Source of the DNA: the human T2T-CHM13v2.0 reference genome, Homo sapiens
DNA: 64,000 nucleotides
Assembly: GCF_009914755.1 (NCBI RefSeq)
Contig: NC_060928.1
Direction: 5' to 3' (one strand)
The notes beneath the pieces were generated by a model, which was not told where the DNA came from, made no database searches, and saw only the letters and a program-made list of their open reading frames with translations. Both the position numbers and the translations under genes were made by a program. Below are positions 37,060 through 50,199 of the stretch, piece by piece (positions within the stretch are counted from its first letter, which is position 1; each line of letters begins with the position of its first letter).

Positions 37060-39089
37060 GAGATAACTTCATAAGTCTTAACAGAGTCCAGCCTCAATTT
37101 TAAAATCTAAATCCAGTATCTCCTTCAGATATCATATACCATATCACATACCATATCATCAGATATGGATGAGATTCAATGTATAATTCATTCCAAGGCA
37201 AATGACTCTCCAGATATGAACCTGTTACATCAAACATATTCTATGGTTCTAAAATACAATGAAGGAACAAACATAGGATAGATATTCCTATTCCAAAAAG
37301 AAGAAATAGGAAAGAAGAAGGAAGTTAGAGATCCTGAGCAAATCCAAACCCTTAAGGTTTGAGAATAATCTGCGTGGACTTGATGCTCTGCCTTCCATGC
37401 CCACTGGGACAGAGGTCCTTCTTTCAGGACCAAGTGAGGCAATGGTCCCACCTGTGAAGTGTTGTCTGGCACCTGTCTTTGGGAAGCCCAACCCCTATGG
37501 CTTTGCTGGGTGCAGCTTATGCCACGGTTTTCATGGAGTCACATGCTGGTGGCTCTTCTGGTCTGAGTTTTCAGAGTCACCCCTGTCCCTATGGCCCTGT
37601 TGGGCATTGCTTTAGTGGAGACTTTTTGTGGTGGCCCTCCCCTTGTGGTGATTCCCAGTCTGGGCCCCACAGCTCCCCAGTGCATCCTTTGAAATGTAGT
37701 GGAGGCAACCATGTTCCCACAGTTTTGCTGAATGCGGTGCACGCCACATGAGGTCCTGCCAGAGCTGCACTTGGGGCAGCCAAGCAGAATGGTGCCAGAG
37801 TGCAGGAAATGGATCCTATAATGCAAAGCAGTTCTGGGCAGCAGTGTCTCTTTTGAAATCATTCTACCCTGTAGGCTCTAGCATTCTGGGACTCTGATAG
37901 GAGGGATAGTCCTGATGATCTCCAAAATGTTTTCAGGTCATTCTTCCATTGTCTTGGACATTAGATCCTGGTTTCTATTTAGATGCTGACAAGTCTTCCC
38001 ATATCTGGATGAATAACATCTGGCTTCCACTGAGATGGTCAATCCATACTAAACTCATTATCATAATGTCACTTGGCCTCACCCCTATTGTCTCCCAAAA
38101 AGGCTTTCTTATTTTTTTCCAGTAGGTAAAGATTGAGCATTTTCTCAGTTTTTAAGTTCTGCTTCTCTTCTGATTAACAATTTCATCTTTAATTCATTTC
38201 TCTCTTCTTGCATTTTACTATAAGCAGTCAAGAGGAACAGAACTTCATTTTCAGTGAAGTAAATCTTTCATTCTGCGAAGGAACACAGAATATGATACAT
38301 TGATTGTCTGGGAATCTTCTTCGTACTCCTCAGGGCTTTGAACCTTATAGGACTATAGGGCTATAGGACTCTATGGGGGTAAGAAACTTGTTCTTCTGAA
38401 TGTCTGCCTACAAATTCCATTTTAAATGAAAATCTTCCATTTGTTGGGAGAACACTCAATGTAATGCACCATTCAGGTAGGAAACTTCTTCTTACTACTC
38501 AGGACTGTTTACCTTTAATGGTGTATGGGATCCTATGAAGGTAAGAAATTTCTTTTGCCAGCTTCTTCTCAATGTTTGCATAAAAACCTATTTTTTTCTG
38601 CTAAAATCTTTCATTCTGTGAGAGAACTAAGAATATGATAAACCATTCACCTAGAAAGCTTTTTCTTACTACTCAGGGCTGTTTATCTTGAATGACCAAT
38701 AGGAGCATATCTATTTGCTTAGACAATTCCTCAACCATATATCCAATTTTATGACTCACAAGTTCTAGCTTCTACAAAACACTAGGACATGAATGAAATT
38801 CAGCCAAGTTCTTTGCTATTTTATAATAAAGATGCCATTTCATCCATTGTATAATAATGTACTGATTTCCACCTGAGACCTCATCAGAATGGCCTTTTCT
38901 ATCCAAGTTTCTATCTATAGTCTGTTATGACCACTTTAGTATTCTCTGAAAAGGATAAGACTTTCTCTACATCCTCCTGTTTTCTTCTGTGACTTCAACA
39001 GAATTTCCTTTAATGTGCTTTTAACATCAGTGTAGGCTTCTTCCTAGTAAAATTCTCCAGTTTATATCCATTACTGCCCAGTTTCAAAG
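37060..39089 (-). mobile_element. MaLR internal sequence (MLT1-int-like), LTRs not seen
   Basis: aaaatacaatgaaggaacaaacataggatagatattcctattccaaaa, cagccaagttctttgct, tgagacctcatcagaatggcc, ccattactgcccagtttcaaag motifs; interrupted at ~38237-38705. Confidence 0.75.
38237..38705. repeat. Diverged ~171-bp tandem repeat, ~2.7 units, alpha-satellite-like
   Basis: Anchor aaatctt(t/c)cat at 38261, 38430, 38604 and tact(c/a)ctcagg ending near 38334, 38503, 38677 (periods 169 and 174). The tandem structure is directly visible; the alphoid identity is a by-eye alignment to recalled consensus. Confidence 0.7.
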
Positions 39090-40370
39090 TATGTAAGACA
39101 TTCCTATAACTCAATGGCAAAAACAAAACTAGACAAATAACTGATTAAAAATGGGCAAAGAATTGGAACAGACATTTCTCCAACAAAACTGACAAATGGC
39201 CAAGATGTGTATAAAAATATATTCAACAACACTAAGCATCAAGGAAATGAAAATCAAAACTAAAGCCACAATTAGATGTCACCTCCCATCTGTTAGGATG
39301 ACTATTAAAAACAAAAAAAGATAAGTGTTTGTGAGAATTTGGAAAAATTGAAACCCTGGTACACTGTTTGTGGGAATGTAAAATGGTAAATCCAATATGG
39401 AAATTCAATAAAAAGTTACAAGTAAAACTACAATACAATCTAGAAATCTCATTTCTGGGTATTTATCAAAAAATTTGAAATCAATATTTCAAAAAAATTT
39501 GCACTTTTACATTTGCTGCAGCATATTCACAGTATCCAAGATATGGAAATGCCCTAATTGTCCATGGATGAATTAATGGATAAGGAAAATAGTTGCTACT
39601 ATAATAGGTCCATTGCCCAATGTGCACCTCAAGTTGATACACCTAGACACTGGATTGCAGCAAAGAAAGAGGTTTAATTACAACCAAAATGAGAAAATTG
39701 GAGGAAACCTCAAATCTGTCTCCCTGAAGAGTTTGGGATAAGGGCAGTTAAGAGTTTTGGAGTAGACCAAAGTGTGGAGATTGTTCATCGGCACGAGAGT
39801 GCAGAGCGAAGTCTTGGAACAAAGAGATCAAGAAACTTTATTCTCATACTGATTTTCTTCCTCTGCAGAAGTCTTCAAACTGTTTTATGTCAGCTGTTTT
39901 GCTGGAACTGAGGTTCTGAAAAACATCTAAAGCAATTTTCAAATAAAAGCCTTATGATTCTACAGTCAGAGATCCTATCTTAAAAAAAAACCCTTATGAT
40001 CCTAAGGTCAGAAATCCTATCTATAGAAAATTGGAGATATAAATGGTCAATATCTAGTGTCATGTGACTAGAACAAAGAGCATTAAAGTACAGCCTGAAT
40101 AATGTTTAATTATAATTATATTTGCATCCATAACTTGTTAAACCTATGAAAATTGGTTTGTAGTGGTTGTCAGGGCCTGGAGAGTGGAGAAAATAAAAGT
40201 TGCTATTTAATGAATATAAAATATTAGTTATGCAAAATGAGTAAGTTCTGGAGATCTAATGTATAATATAATGCTTATAGATAACAATACTATATTATAC
40301 ACCTAAGATTAAGATTTTGTTAATAATGGAGATATTATGTTAATTGTTCTTACCATTACTTAGAAAAACT
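39090..40370 (+). mobile_element. L1MA9/MA10/MB-type 3' part, interrupted by an LTR
   Basis: aaaatgggcaaagaattggaacagacatttctc...gtacactgtttgtgggaatgtaaaatgg to 39590; resumes tagtggttgtcaggg...gagtaagttctggagatcta at 40161. Confidence 0.75.
39592..40159 (-). mobile_element. ERV1 MER4-group solo LTR (LTR26-like)
   Basis: taggtccattgcccaatgtgcac...aaagaggtttaat...ggaggaaacctcaaatctgtctccc...ttataattatatt; subfamily uncertain; no TSD seen. Confidence 0.65.
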
Positions 40371-40649
40371 CAAATAGATTTCAATTTTGTAGTTAATGAA
40401 ATTATCTTTCAAAAATCAAGAGACTATAAAGTGCTCAAAAATAAAAGTTGAAGATTTTTTGGCAGCAGTGATGAAATCTGAGAAATGAATAAGGGCATTC
40501 ATCAAGCTAAAGAGCAACATTATCATTTGGAATACTGATGTGCAAGAAAAATAGAATAAAAAATATTATATGTCTTAGTAAACATAAGAGATTATATTTT
40601 CTCCTCAATTTCTTTATAATAATATGGAATACATTGTGTGTTTATGTCT

Positions 40650-43600
40650 TTATTTTTAATCTTTATGGATATATAGTATGTGTATAACTTTATGGGGTAC
40701 ATGAGATGTTTTGATATAGCCAAACAAAGTATAATAATCACATCATGGTAAATGAGGTATTGATTTCCTCAAGCATTTATCTTTTCTTTATGTTACAAAC
40801 ATTTTAACTATAATTTTTTAGTTATTTTAAAATGTAAAATAAATTATTGGTGACTGGAATCACACTGTTGTGCTATCAAATGCTAGACCTTATTCATTCT
40901 ACCTAATTATATTTTTGTACTCAGTAACCATCCCCACTTCCCTCACTACTCTTCCAAGTTTCTGGTAACCATCAGTCTACTCTCTGTCTCCATGAATTCA
41001 ATTGTTTTAATTTTTAGCTCTCACAAATGAGTGAGAAGATGCAAAGTTTGTCTTTGTCTGCCTGGCTTTTTTCACATAGCATTATATCCCCCAGTTTCAT
41101 CCATGTTGTGGAAAATGACAGAATCTCATTCTTTTTAATGCATGAATAGTACTCTAGTTCTTATATGTACCAAATGTTTTTTATCCATTCTTCTGAGAAT
41201 GGACATGTAGGTTGCTTGCAAATCTTGGCTATTGTGAGTAGTAGTGCAATATACATGGAAGTGCAGATATGTATTTGATTTACTGATTTTTTTTTTGTGT
41301 GGCATATACCTAGCAGTGGGATTGCTGGATCATATTTTAGCTTATTTTTAGATTTTTAAGAAACTCCATAATGTTCTCCATAGTGGTTGTCCTTATCTAT
41401 GTTCCTACCAACAGTGTACAAGGGATCCCTTTTCTCTGCACATTCATAGGCGTTTGTTATTGCTTGTCTTTGGACAAAAGTTGTTTTAAGTGGGGTGAGA
41501 TGATACCTCATTGCACTTTGGGTTTGCATTTCTCTGATAATCAGTGATGTTGAGGACCATTTCATATGCCTGTTTGCCATTTGTATGTCTTCTTATAATA
41601 AATGTCTATTCAGATCTTTTGCCCATTTTTAAATTGGATTATTAGAAATTTTCCTGTTGAGTTGTTTGAGATCTTTATGTATTCTGGTTATTAACATCTT
41701 TTCAGATGGGTAGTTTGCAAATATTTTTTTTCTGTTCCATGGGTTGTCTCGTCACTTTATTGATGGGTTCCTTTGCTGGGCAGAAGCTTTTTTAATCCCG
41801 TTTGTCCATTTATGCTTTAGTTGTCTGTGCTTTTGGGTTTTGCTCAAGAAATCTTTGCTAGGTCCAATGTCCCAGAGAGTTTTTCTAATGTTTTTCTGCA
41901 GTAGTTTCATGGTTTATGTATTATATTTATGTCCCTAACCCATTTTGATTTTATTTTTTAGATGGAGTGAGACAGAGGTCTAGTTTCACTCTTTTGCGTA
42001 TGGATATCCAGTTTTCCCAGCACCATTTATTGAAGAGACTGTCTTATCCCCAGTGCATATTGCTGGAAAATTTGTCATAAATGAGTTCACTGTAGGTGTG
42101 TGGATTTGTTTCTTGGCTCTCTATTCTGTTCCTCTCATTTGTTGTCTGCTTTTATGCCAGTATCATGCTGTTTTGGTTACAATAGCTCTGTAGTATAATA
42201 TGAAGTTAGGTAATGTGATTCCACCAATTTTGGTTTTTGCTCAGGATGGCTTTGGCTATTCTGGATCTTTTGTAATTCCATACAAATTTTTGAATGATTT
42301 TTTCTATATCCCCGAAGAATGTCATTAGCATTTTGATAGGGAGAGATTACATTGAATCTGTCAATTGTTTTGGGTAGTATGGATATTTAACAATATTAAT
42401 TCTTTCAGTAAAGTAACATGGAATATCTTTCAACTTTGTGTACTCTTCAATTTCTTACAATGTTTTATAGTTTTCATTTTAGAGATCTTTCACTGTTTTG
42501 ATTAAATTTATTCCTAGGTATTTTATTTCATTTGTAGCTATTGTAGATGGGATTGTTTTCTTGATAACTTTTTCAGATAGTTTGCTATTGGCATACAGAA
42601 ATGCTACTGAGTTTTATATATATATTTTGTATTCTGCAACTTTACTGAATTTGTTTATCAGTTCTAATAGTTTTTTTTGGTGGAGTTATATTTGGTGTTT
42701 CCAAATGTAAGATCATTATCATTTGCAGACAAAAATGATTTGACTTACTCCTTTCTAATTTGAATGCCATTTTTTTTCTCTTTTTTGATTGCTCTGGCCA
42801 GGACTTCCAATTCTATGTTGAAAACAGAGGTAAACGTGAGCCCTCTTCCCTTACTCCAGATCTCAGATGACAGGCTTTCACTTTTTCTCCATTCAGTATA
42901 GTAGCTGTGGGTCAGTTATATGTGGCTTTTATTGTGTTAAGGTATATTCCTTCTATATCCAGTTCCAGTTTTTTGAGAATTTTTATCATAAAGGGATGTT
43001 GAATTTTGTCACATGCTTTTTTGCCATCAATGGAAATGATCAGATAGTTTTTGTTCATCATTTCATTGAAATTACTTATCACATTGATTGATTTGCATAG
43101 GTTGAACCATCCTTGCATTCCTGAGATAAGTCCTTCTTGGTCATGATGAATGATCTACTTAATGTGTTGTTGAATTTAGTTTGCTAGTATTTTGTTGAGG
43201 ATTTTTGCATCAATATTCATCAGGGATATTGGCCTGTAGTTTCCTTTTTTATTTTTTTATGTGTTCATGTGGTTTTGGTAGCAAGGTAATACTGGCCCCT
43301 GGCCTCATTGAATGAGTTTGGAAGTATTCTCTCCTCTAAATTTTTGGAATAGTTTGGGTAGGATTGATAATAGTTCTTTAAATGTTTGGTAAAATTTAGC
43401 AGTGAAGCCAGTGGATCCTGGGCTTTTCTTTGCCAGGAGACTTTTTATTATGAATTCAATCTCATTCCTTGTTATTGGCCTGCTCAGACATTGGATTTCT
43501 TTATCATTCAAACTTGATAGGTTGTATGTGTCTAAGAATTTGTTCATTTCTTCTAGGATTTCCAATTTATTGGCAGACAGTTACTCATGGGAGTCTCTAA

Positions 43601-44121
43601 TGATCTTTTGAATTTCTGTGGTATCAGTTGTAATTTCTCTTTTTACATCTCTGAGTTCATTTATTTGGGTCTTCTCTGTTTTTCTCTTAGTCTGGCTAGA
43701 GGCTTGTTGATTTCATTAATCTTTTAAAAAACCAACTTTTCCTTTTGTTGATCTTTTGTATTGTTTTTTCATTACAATTTTATTTATTTCTGCTCTGATT
43801 TTTATTACTTCTTTTCTTCCACAAATTTTGGGTTTGGTTTGCTCTTGTTTTTCTAGTTCTTTACGATGCATCATTAGGTTGTTCATTTTAAGTTTTTTTA
43901 CTTTTTTGATGTAGCCAAATATTTCTATAAACTTTCCTCTTAATACTGCTTTTGCTATCTTTCATAGGATTTGGTATATTGTTTTCCTTTTTTATTTGTT
44001 TCAATAAATTTTTCAATTTTCTTATTAATTTCTTCATTGACCCACTTGTTATTCAGGAGCATATTCTTTAATTTCTATGTGTTTGTACAGTTTCCAAAGT
44101 TCCTCTTGTTATTGATTTCTA
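40650..44121 (-). mobile_element. L1MA2/MA3-type element, 5'-truncated (~3.5 kb)
   Basis: 3' UTR reverse complement tttatggggtacatgagatgttttgata; minus-strand ORF2 peptides [14 protein letters not shown] and [11 protein letters not shown]...[19 protein letters not shown]. Confidence 0.88.
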
Positions 44122-44149
44122 GGGGACTTATGTCGTATATAATTGTAAA

Positions 44150-45005
44150 TTATGAAAAAATGATAGTGCAAATGATAGAAGTTTCTTATACTGTTTGTTG
44201 CAGAATTATGATATTTTTGCCAATGTGGTGTATTAATTCTTATTATGCTGTGATATGTTAAGGATGCATATTGTAATCCTTAGAACAACCAGAAAAATGT
44301 ACACAAAAGTGTATATATATATATTTAAATAGATAATTAAAATACCAGATCGATAAATCCTTTATTTAATTAATCCAACATAAGGTCAAAGAGATACAAA
44401 AAGAAAATAGACAAAACAAACAGAAAACAAATAGAAAAATGCTATGCTTAGCATATAACCATATAATTTACTAAATACTCAACATAAAAGGCAGAGATTA
44501 ACATACTGGGTAAAATATCAAGATCCATATATAGATATATGCATTTGTATATGGGTCTTGATTTATGAATGCATATATCTATATATCTTCTGTATCTATC
44601 TATATCTGTATCTAACCACTATCAAGAGAGAGACAGAGAGAGAGAATTCCTTAGAGAATGTCCTGAAGACTTTCTTCAGTCAAACTGTGTAGTAATTAAT
44701 TTTAGAACCCAGAATTTGGACAGAAAATTTTCTGGAGATGAAGAAAGTTTCACAAATATTAAAAAAACAATTTAAATGGAAGACAAAATAATATTAAATA
44801 TTAATGCACCAAACATAAGAGCTTCAAAATACATGATATGATTATGAAAGAAAGGGAAACAGAGACAACTCAACACCACCCTTGTAGCAGATGAGAAGAC
44901 AACAGGAAAAGATAAAACCACTATCACCAAATTTGACTTAATTTTTATTAATAAATTTCTATACCAAACAACTGAAGAATATACAACTTTTCTTTCATTT
45001 TTCAA
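44150..45005 (+). mobile_element. Old L1M inter-ORF/ORF2 endonuclease fragment
   Basis: gttaaggatgcatattgtaatccttagaacaacc, taaaaggcagagatt, gaagacaaaataatattaaatattaatgcaccaaac...agcttcaaaatacatga. Confidence 0.62.
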
Positions 45006-46316
45006 GGTTTTGGATAACTTTAGATGATAATTAACTTAATGCTCAGATCACACATGTATATATATGTATATTTATACAGACATACATATTCATATATCTG
45101 TATATATAACTTTTATCGATATCTCTATTAATATCAAGAGAGAGACACAGAGACAGAGAATTCCCTGGAAAATATCTTAAAAACTTTCTTTGGGCAACTG
45201 TTTATTGTGGTAGTTAGTTTTGGAACCTAGTCATAGCTTTTCTTTTCTTCTTAATCAAATAAGAAAAACAAATAAATACAAGTAAATTACATCATTCTCA
45301 AATCCTTATTTCAATATGAAACCATGGAAAAGGATGGTAATATTAAAAAAAAAAAGCAATTTAATGTCTTGAGCTACCACTGAAGTAATACAAATGTAGT
45401 ATATATTTTCAGTATTTATTTGATATTATAGAACATCATCAATTATACATTTATCATGAAGTATGCTAGAAGGCTCTATAATGAATGTTACACTAGAATC
45501 CTTTGTTTTTATTTATTTGAAGACATATCCAATTGCTTGCTCTAGTTAGTTTGCTATCTTTTGCAGGAGGTGAGTGCCCTCTTCTGGTTCTCTAATAAAA
45601 CTGATAATAATGGTATCCCCAACGGATTGATTTACCTGTTATTTTCTAACAAATTTTCCTTTGCAGTCAGAAATATTTAATAAAATTATGTCCATTTTGC
45701 TGTTTTATCCTTTACCACCAGAATGTGGCAGATAGCCATTACTTCTAAGCAATTTCCACATCTTGTTCTTAGTCTTGATAATCTTTCTCTAAGCCACAGT
45801 GTGAAAGTTTGTCTCTTTAATGTTTTTATTGCTTAAAGTAGGAAAATATATTTCAAGTATTATATTCTGAGCTAGAATGTAAAATTTTCTAACTATTGTG
45901 AAAGAAAAAAAGGAAGGATGACGAAGGAGGGAAGATTGCAAAACCTAACAACTTAAGGCGGTTTTAATTATTTGTATGATATATTGGGAAGATATTTACA
46001 ATATGACTTTTCCCCATATTACACACACACCTATCAGATGCTTGAAAAAAAATAATTGTTTTTCATTATGATTTGTTCATTTATTTTACCCTGTCAGACC
46101 ATAGTTTCTATTCTTCAGTGTGCTCCCCTCAGTTGGCACTTAATAAAAAACAACCAAACTTACACACACACACAAGCAAAAAGCAAAGAAACAAAAAAAT
46201 AGCCTGTGAAATAATAATTCTTAAGAAAATAAGGAGGTCTTTCACTTCTCTCATCGTTTTTAGAATAACCATTATTTTTTGCAGTCGATCAACAGTCATG
46301 AATAATAGCCAGTTTT

Positions 46317-46624
<308 letters not shown>

Positions 46625-48988
46625 AATCACGGCTAGTTTTGACGTGATGAGAATATCCTGTCAAAACATTGCCAAGTAGAAGTCAAGAATGACAACTTTA
46701 GCAAAATATCTTTTGAACACATGCATTTAACATGGGAGGCACACTTTGTTTTAATGTTTAACTGACAGGATAAGCCAGAATTTCCATGACCTGTTGTTAG
46801 AAGCTAGAATTTAGATTATTTAATCAGTGTTACCTTTGTCTGCGTAAATAAAATTACCTTTATAATTCAGAATAGAAAATATTGTCAGATTAAGGTGGGG
46901 TAGGGTTTCTTGCCCAGGAAAATTGTTACCTATAGCAATCAAAGACATTAGATAGTTATTCATTTCCACTTTTCCCTTTGCTCTTATAAATGAAATATTA
47001 GTACTAATAGAACTCTTTTTGCAGACAAGAAGGGAGAGAGAATAATTTGGAATAGAAGTTTAGGCACAATGAGATAAAATTCCATTTTTACTGAAAAATA
47101 AGAAATTACAACTTCTACATTTTTCCCCACCAATATTCTTAGATGCTTGGGCAGATCTAATCTTGATGAGACCATTAAATATCGATGGAGTCACTCAGAT
47201 TAAATAATTGAGATAATTATCTTGATAACTCAGACTTAAAAGGAGGGTTTTAAAGAAAACAAAACAGAACTGGGATGACCTAGCCTTAGTTCCAGTACAA
47301 ACTTAGATCATATATGTGCATTTTCCTTCATTATATTTAGCAGAAAAATATTGCTAAAAGTCACTCCATATGAGATGAGAATTTAATTGGCTCTGTGTTT
47401 AATTTAATCAATCATTTAAGACTTAAAAATAGTCCTGAATTGCTGAACCTTTAATGAAAACTTGGCCATGGAAGTTAAAAATAAAAGCAGCAATAGATGG
47501 CACTAGAAGATCAAGTCTCAGACGAAAATCCATTAGTCCTATTTCCTCCTCTAATCCCTATAAAACATTTGACAGGAGTATAGCCAGGGAGTTGGAGGAC
47601 AGGCATAGAGAGACAATCCCTGTTAAAGGGACAGATACTAATTCCTTTGTCTACTTGTCCTGAAAGGCATCCCAGAATGTGTTGGGGGAAAAGAAAACGG
47701 CCAATTTACTACAAAGATCCTGCTCAAGGCACAACATTAACTGTCCCATTTAGTTTGAATAAAGAATAGATAAAGGGAGTTCTACCCTGACTTTTATCAG
47801 GCATTTCTGCTGTTTTATTTGCTGCTACTGATAATTGAGGTCTTGCTGCTTAGAAAAAGCTCGATAAATTTATTTGCCATTAAAATAATCACTACGTTTC
47901 CTTTCCCCATTGGCAATAACCCAAATTATTTATGAAATACAGATTTTTCTGTTTCTTTCTAACAAAGCAGACACAAAGACATTAAAGCATTTTAAAATTT
48001 AAGCCTTCAATGGCCTGCATTTCATAGCAACAGACTTATTTTATTTATTTTTTATTGTGTAAATCCTTCAAGGCTGAGTGCTGCCTGCACAACACTCTTC
48101 TTGTCTCAGCTTGACTGGCCCCACAGCCATGACTCATCTTTTACAGTTGCAGCTTTTGAAGCACATTCCAGACCTGCTTGTTCCCACAGCTCTCCTAATC
48201 CTTTCACATGACCATGAAGACAGCCTTTAAATTCAACGGAAGATGTTTCTGACATTTTTTTCAAGCTATAAAAACTATTTCCAGGTCCAGGTTGGGGAAT
48301 GATACGTGGATGTTTGGAGAAAATCAGGGGTTATCATTTTTCCTCCCTGCTAGCTACTAAGAAGGGTCTTTAAAAAAAAAAAAAAATCTCAGCATTCTGT
48401 AAAAATTTATCCAAACAAGTATTGTCTTTGCAGTGCTGTATTCTCAATAGTAAGAAATTATTTTAAAATCAGCAGTTTCTGAAGACAAATTTTTATTAAA
48501 TCTGCAATCAGAGAAATTTTAAAAAATGTTTAATGGCTCATAGAAACAGTGTAGAAAATTTCAGCTTCATTTCCTCACTAATAGGATTGATTTTCTTCTC
48601 TTATTTTATCATTTTCTCTTTCTTTATTGGTAAATAAAATAGAACTGGCCTACCTAAATATAAAATTTATTCATAGGCGTTATTTTAAATAATTTCAACT
48701 ATTAGGAATCATCATGGGTCTACTACAGAAATCATATATATAAATTGAAAATATATTTCTTTCTTTTCTTCTTCCCTTCCTCCTCCCTCCCTTCCTTCTT
48801 CATCCCCCATCCCTTCCCCACCATCCTTTTTTTTTGCTTTTGTCTTCTTTCTCCTTTTCTTCCATTCTTATATACATTCCATAAGCATTTTTGAATTCTT
48901 GTTTTGCTATTAAATTTTATACACACATTGTCTTTGTTTTTCTAATTTAGCTAGCAAATTGACTTTAAACAAAGACAAGTTGTATTAG

Positions 48989-49020
<32 letters not shown>

Positions 49021-49063
49021 CACACACATATATATATACACACACATACATGGAGAGAGAGAG
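48989..49063. repeat. Compound microsatellite (TG)n(TA)n(CA)n...(GA)n
   Basis: Directly visible dinucleotide runs. Confidence 0.85.
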
Positions 49064-50199
49064 AAACTATTTCATGTTTGAGAGAAAGCAGGGAAATGAG
49101 AATGTTTTCTTCCTATTTTCCAAATTGGTTAGTTCAAGGCCAAGTATATATGGACAGTATTATGTAAAACATTATCAATGAGATGAATATATTCTCCACT
49201 GCACAAAGAATGAAATTAATTATGAACCAATCTATTAAGAAATCGAGTGAAACTAAAAAGTTGATTTAAGCCATTATTCCTATGGCAATTTTAGTAGTCT
49301 GGAATTTTATTGGGCATTTCACCATTATCTGAGATTTTCTCCACAGGTGGATGCAGGGACTAGATGTCCTGTTGAGAATTTTTCTAGTTTGATGACTATG
49401 AAATTTAATGTACTTACTAGTCTTTTTCCCACACAATTCAAAATTCAAAATTGTGTGGAAAGAATACTAGTAAGAATTGAACTAGTAGCTATTATAAAAG
49501 TGAGCTGTCCAAAAGGAGTGTAGAGACCACTCCTTATGGAATGGAGAAAGGTGGGTATGATAATCCCTTTCCTTGTCTGTAATAAAATTCTGACGTTTTC
49601 CCTCCTAGGTTACCCCAGGAAAATAACTTTTTTAAATAGCAGTAGCCAGAGGCTTCTTATTATAATTTAGTAAGGCTGAAAGACAACTTCTCCTTGCATT
49701 CAATTCTATCATAGCATCCACTAAAAATACCTGCAGCACTAGAAGAAATTTTAGTTGAATTTTAGCCCATGGCTTGAAGGAGTTAGAAAGATTCCTAATA
49801 AGATTTATAGGCTTAGGTCCTAAAAATTTTAAAAACACTATAATAAAACTCGATCCCAGGACAGACTTAGTGGTTTATATCCATGATTGTCAAGATTTGT
49901 ACCCTTTTCTTATAAAAACTTATTTTTGAGGTTGTCCAATGTACCTTACGTTACTCATCCTAAATACATATTATAGGCAAATGTAATTATGGACACTTTC
50001 CTGTCACTGAAACAATTTTGTTGTATTTATCAAGAAAAATCTCTCAAACCTCAATTCTAATTCTGCCCCTCTCTACCTATAAAACACACTCTTTAACATA
50101 TATGACTCAGAAAAAATAAAAAGACAAAATGTTTACCTGGTTCTAGGTACGAATCCTGGAAGTGGAAAGGAAGGGGCATGAATTTCGGAAATGGGGAAG

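Noticed and set aside
38237-38705. CRISPR-like reading of the periodic repeat
   Set aside because: Units are similar along their whole length with no unique spacers; primate context with no cas genes.
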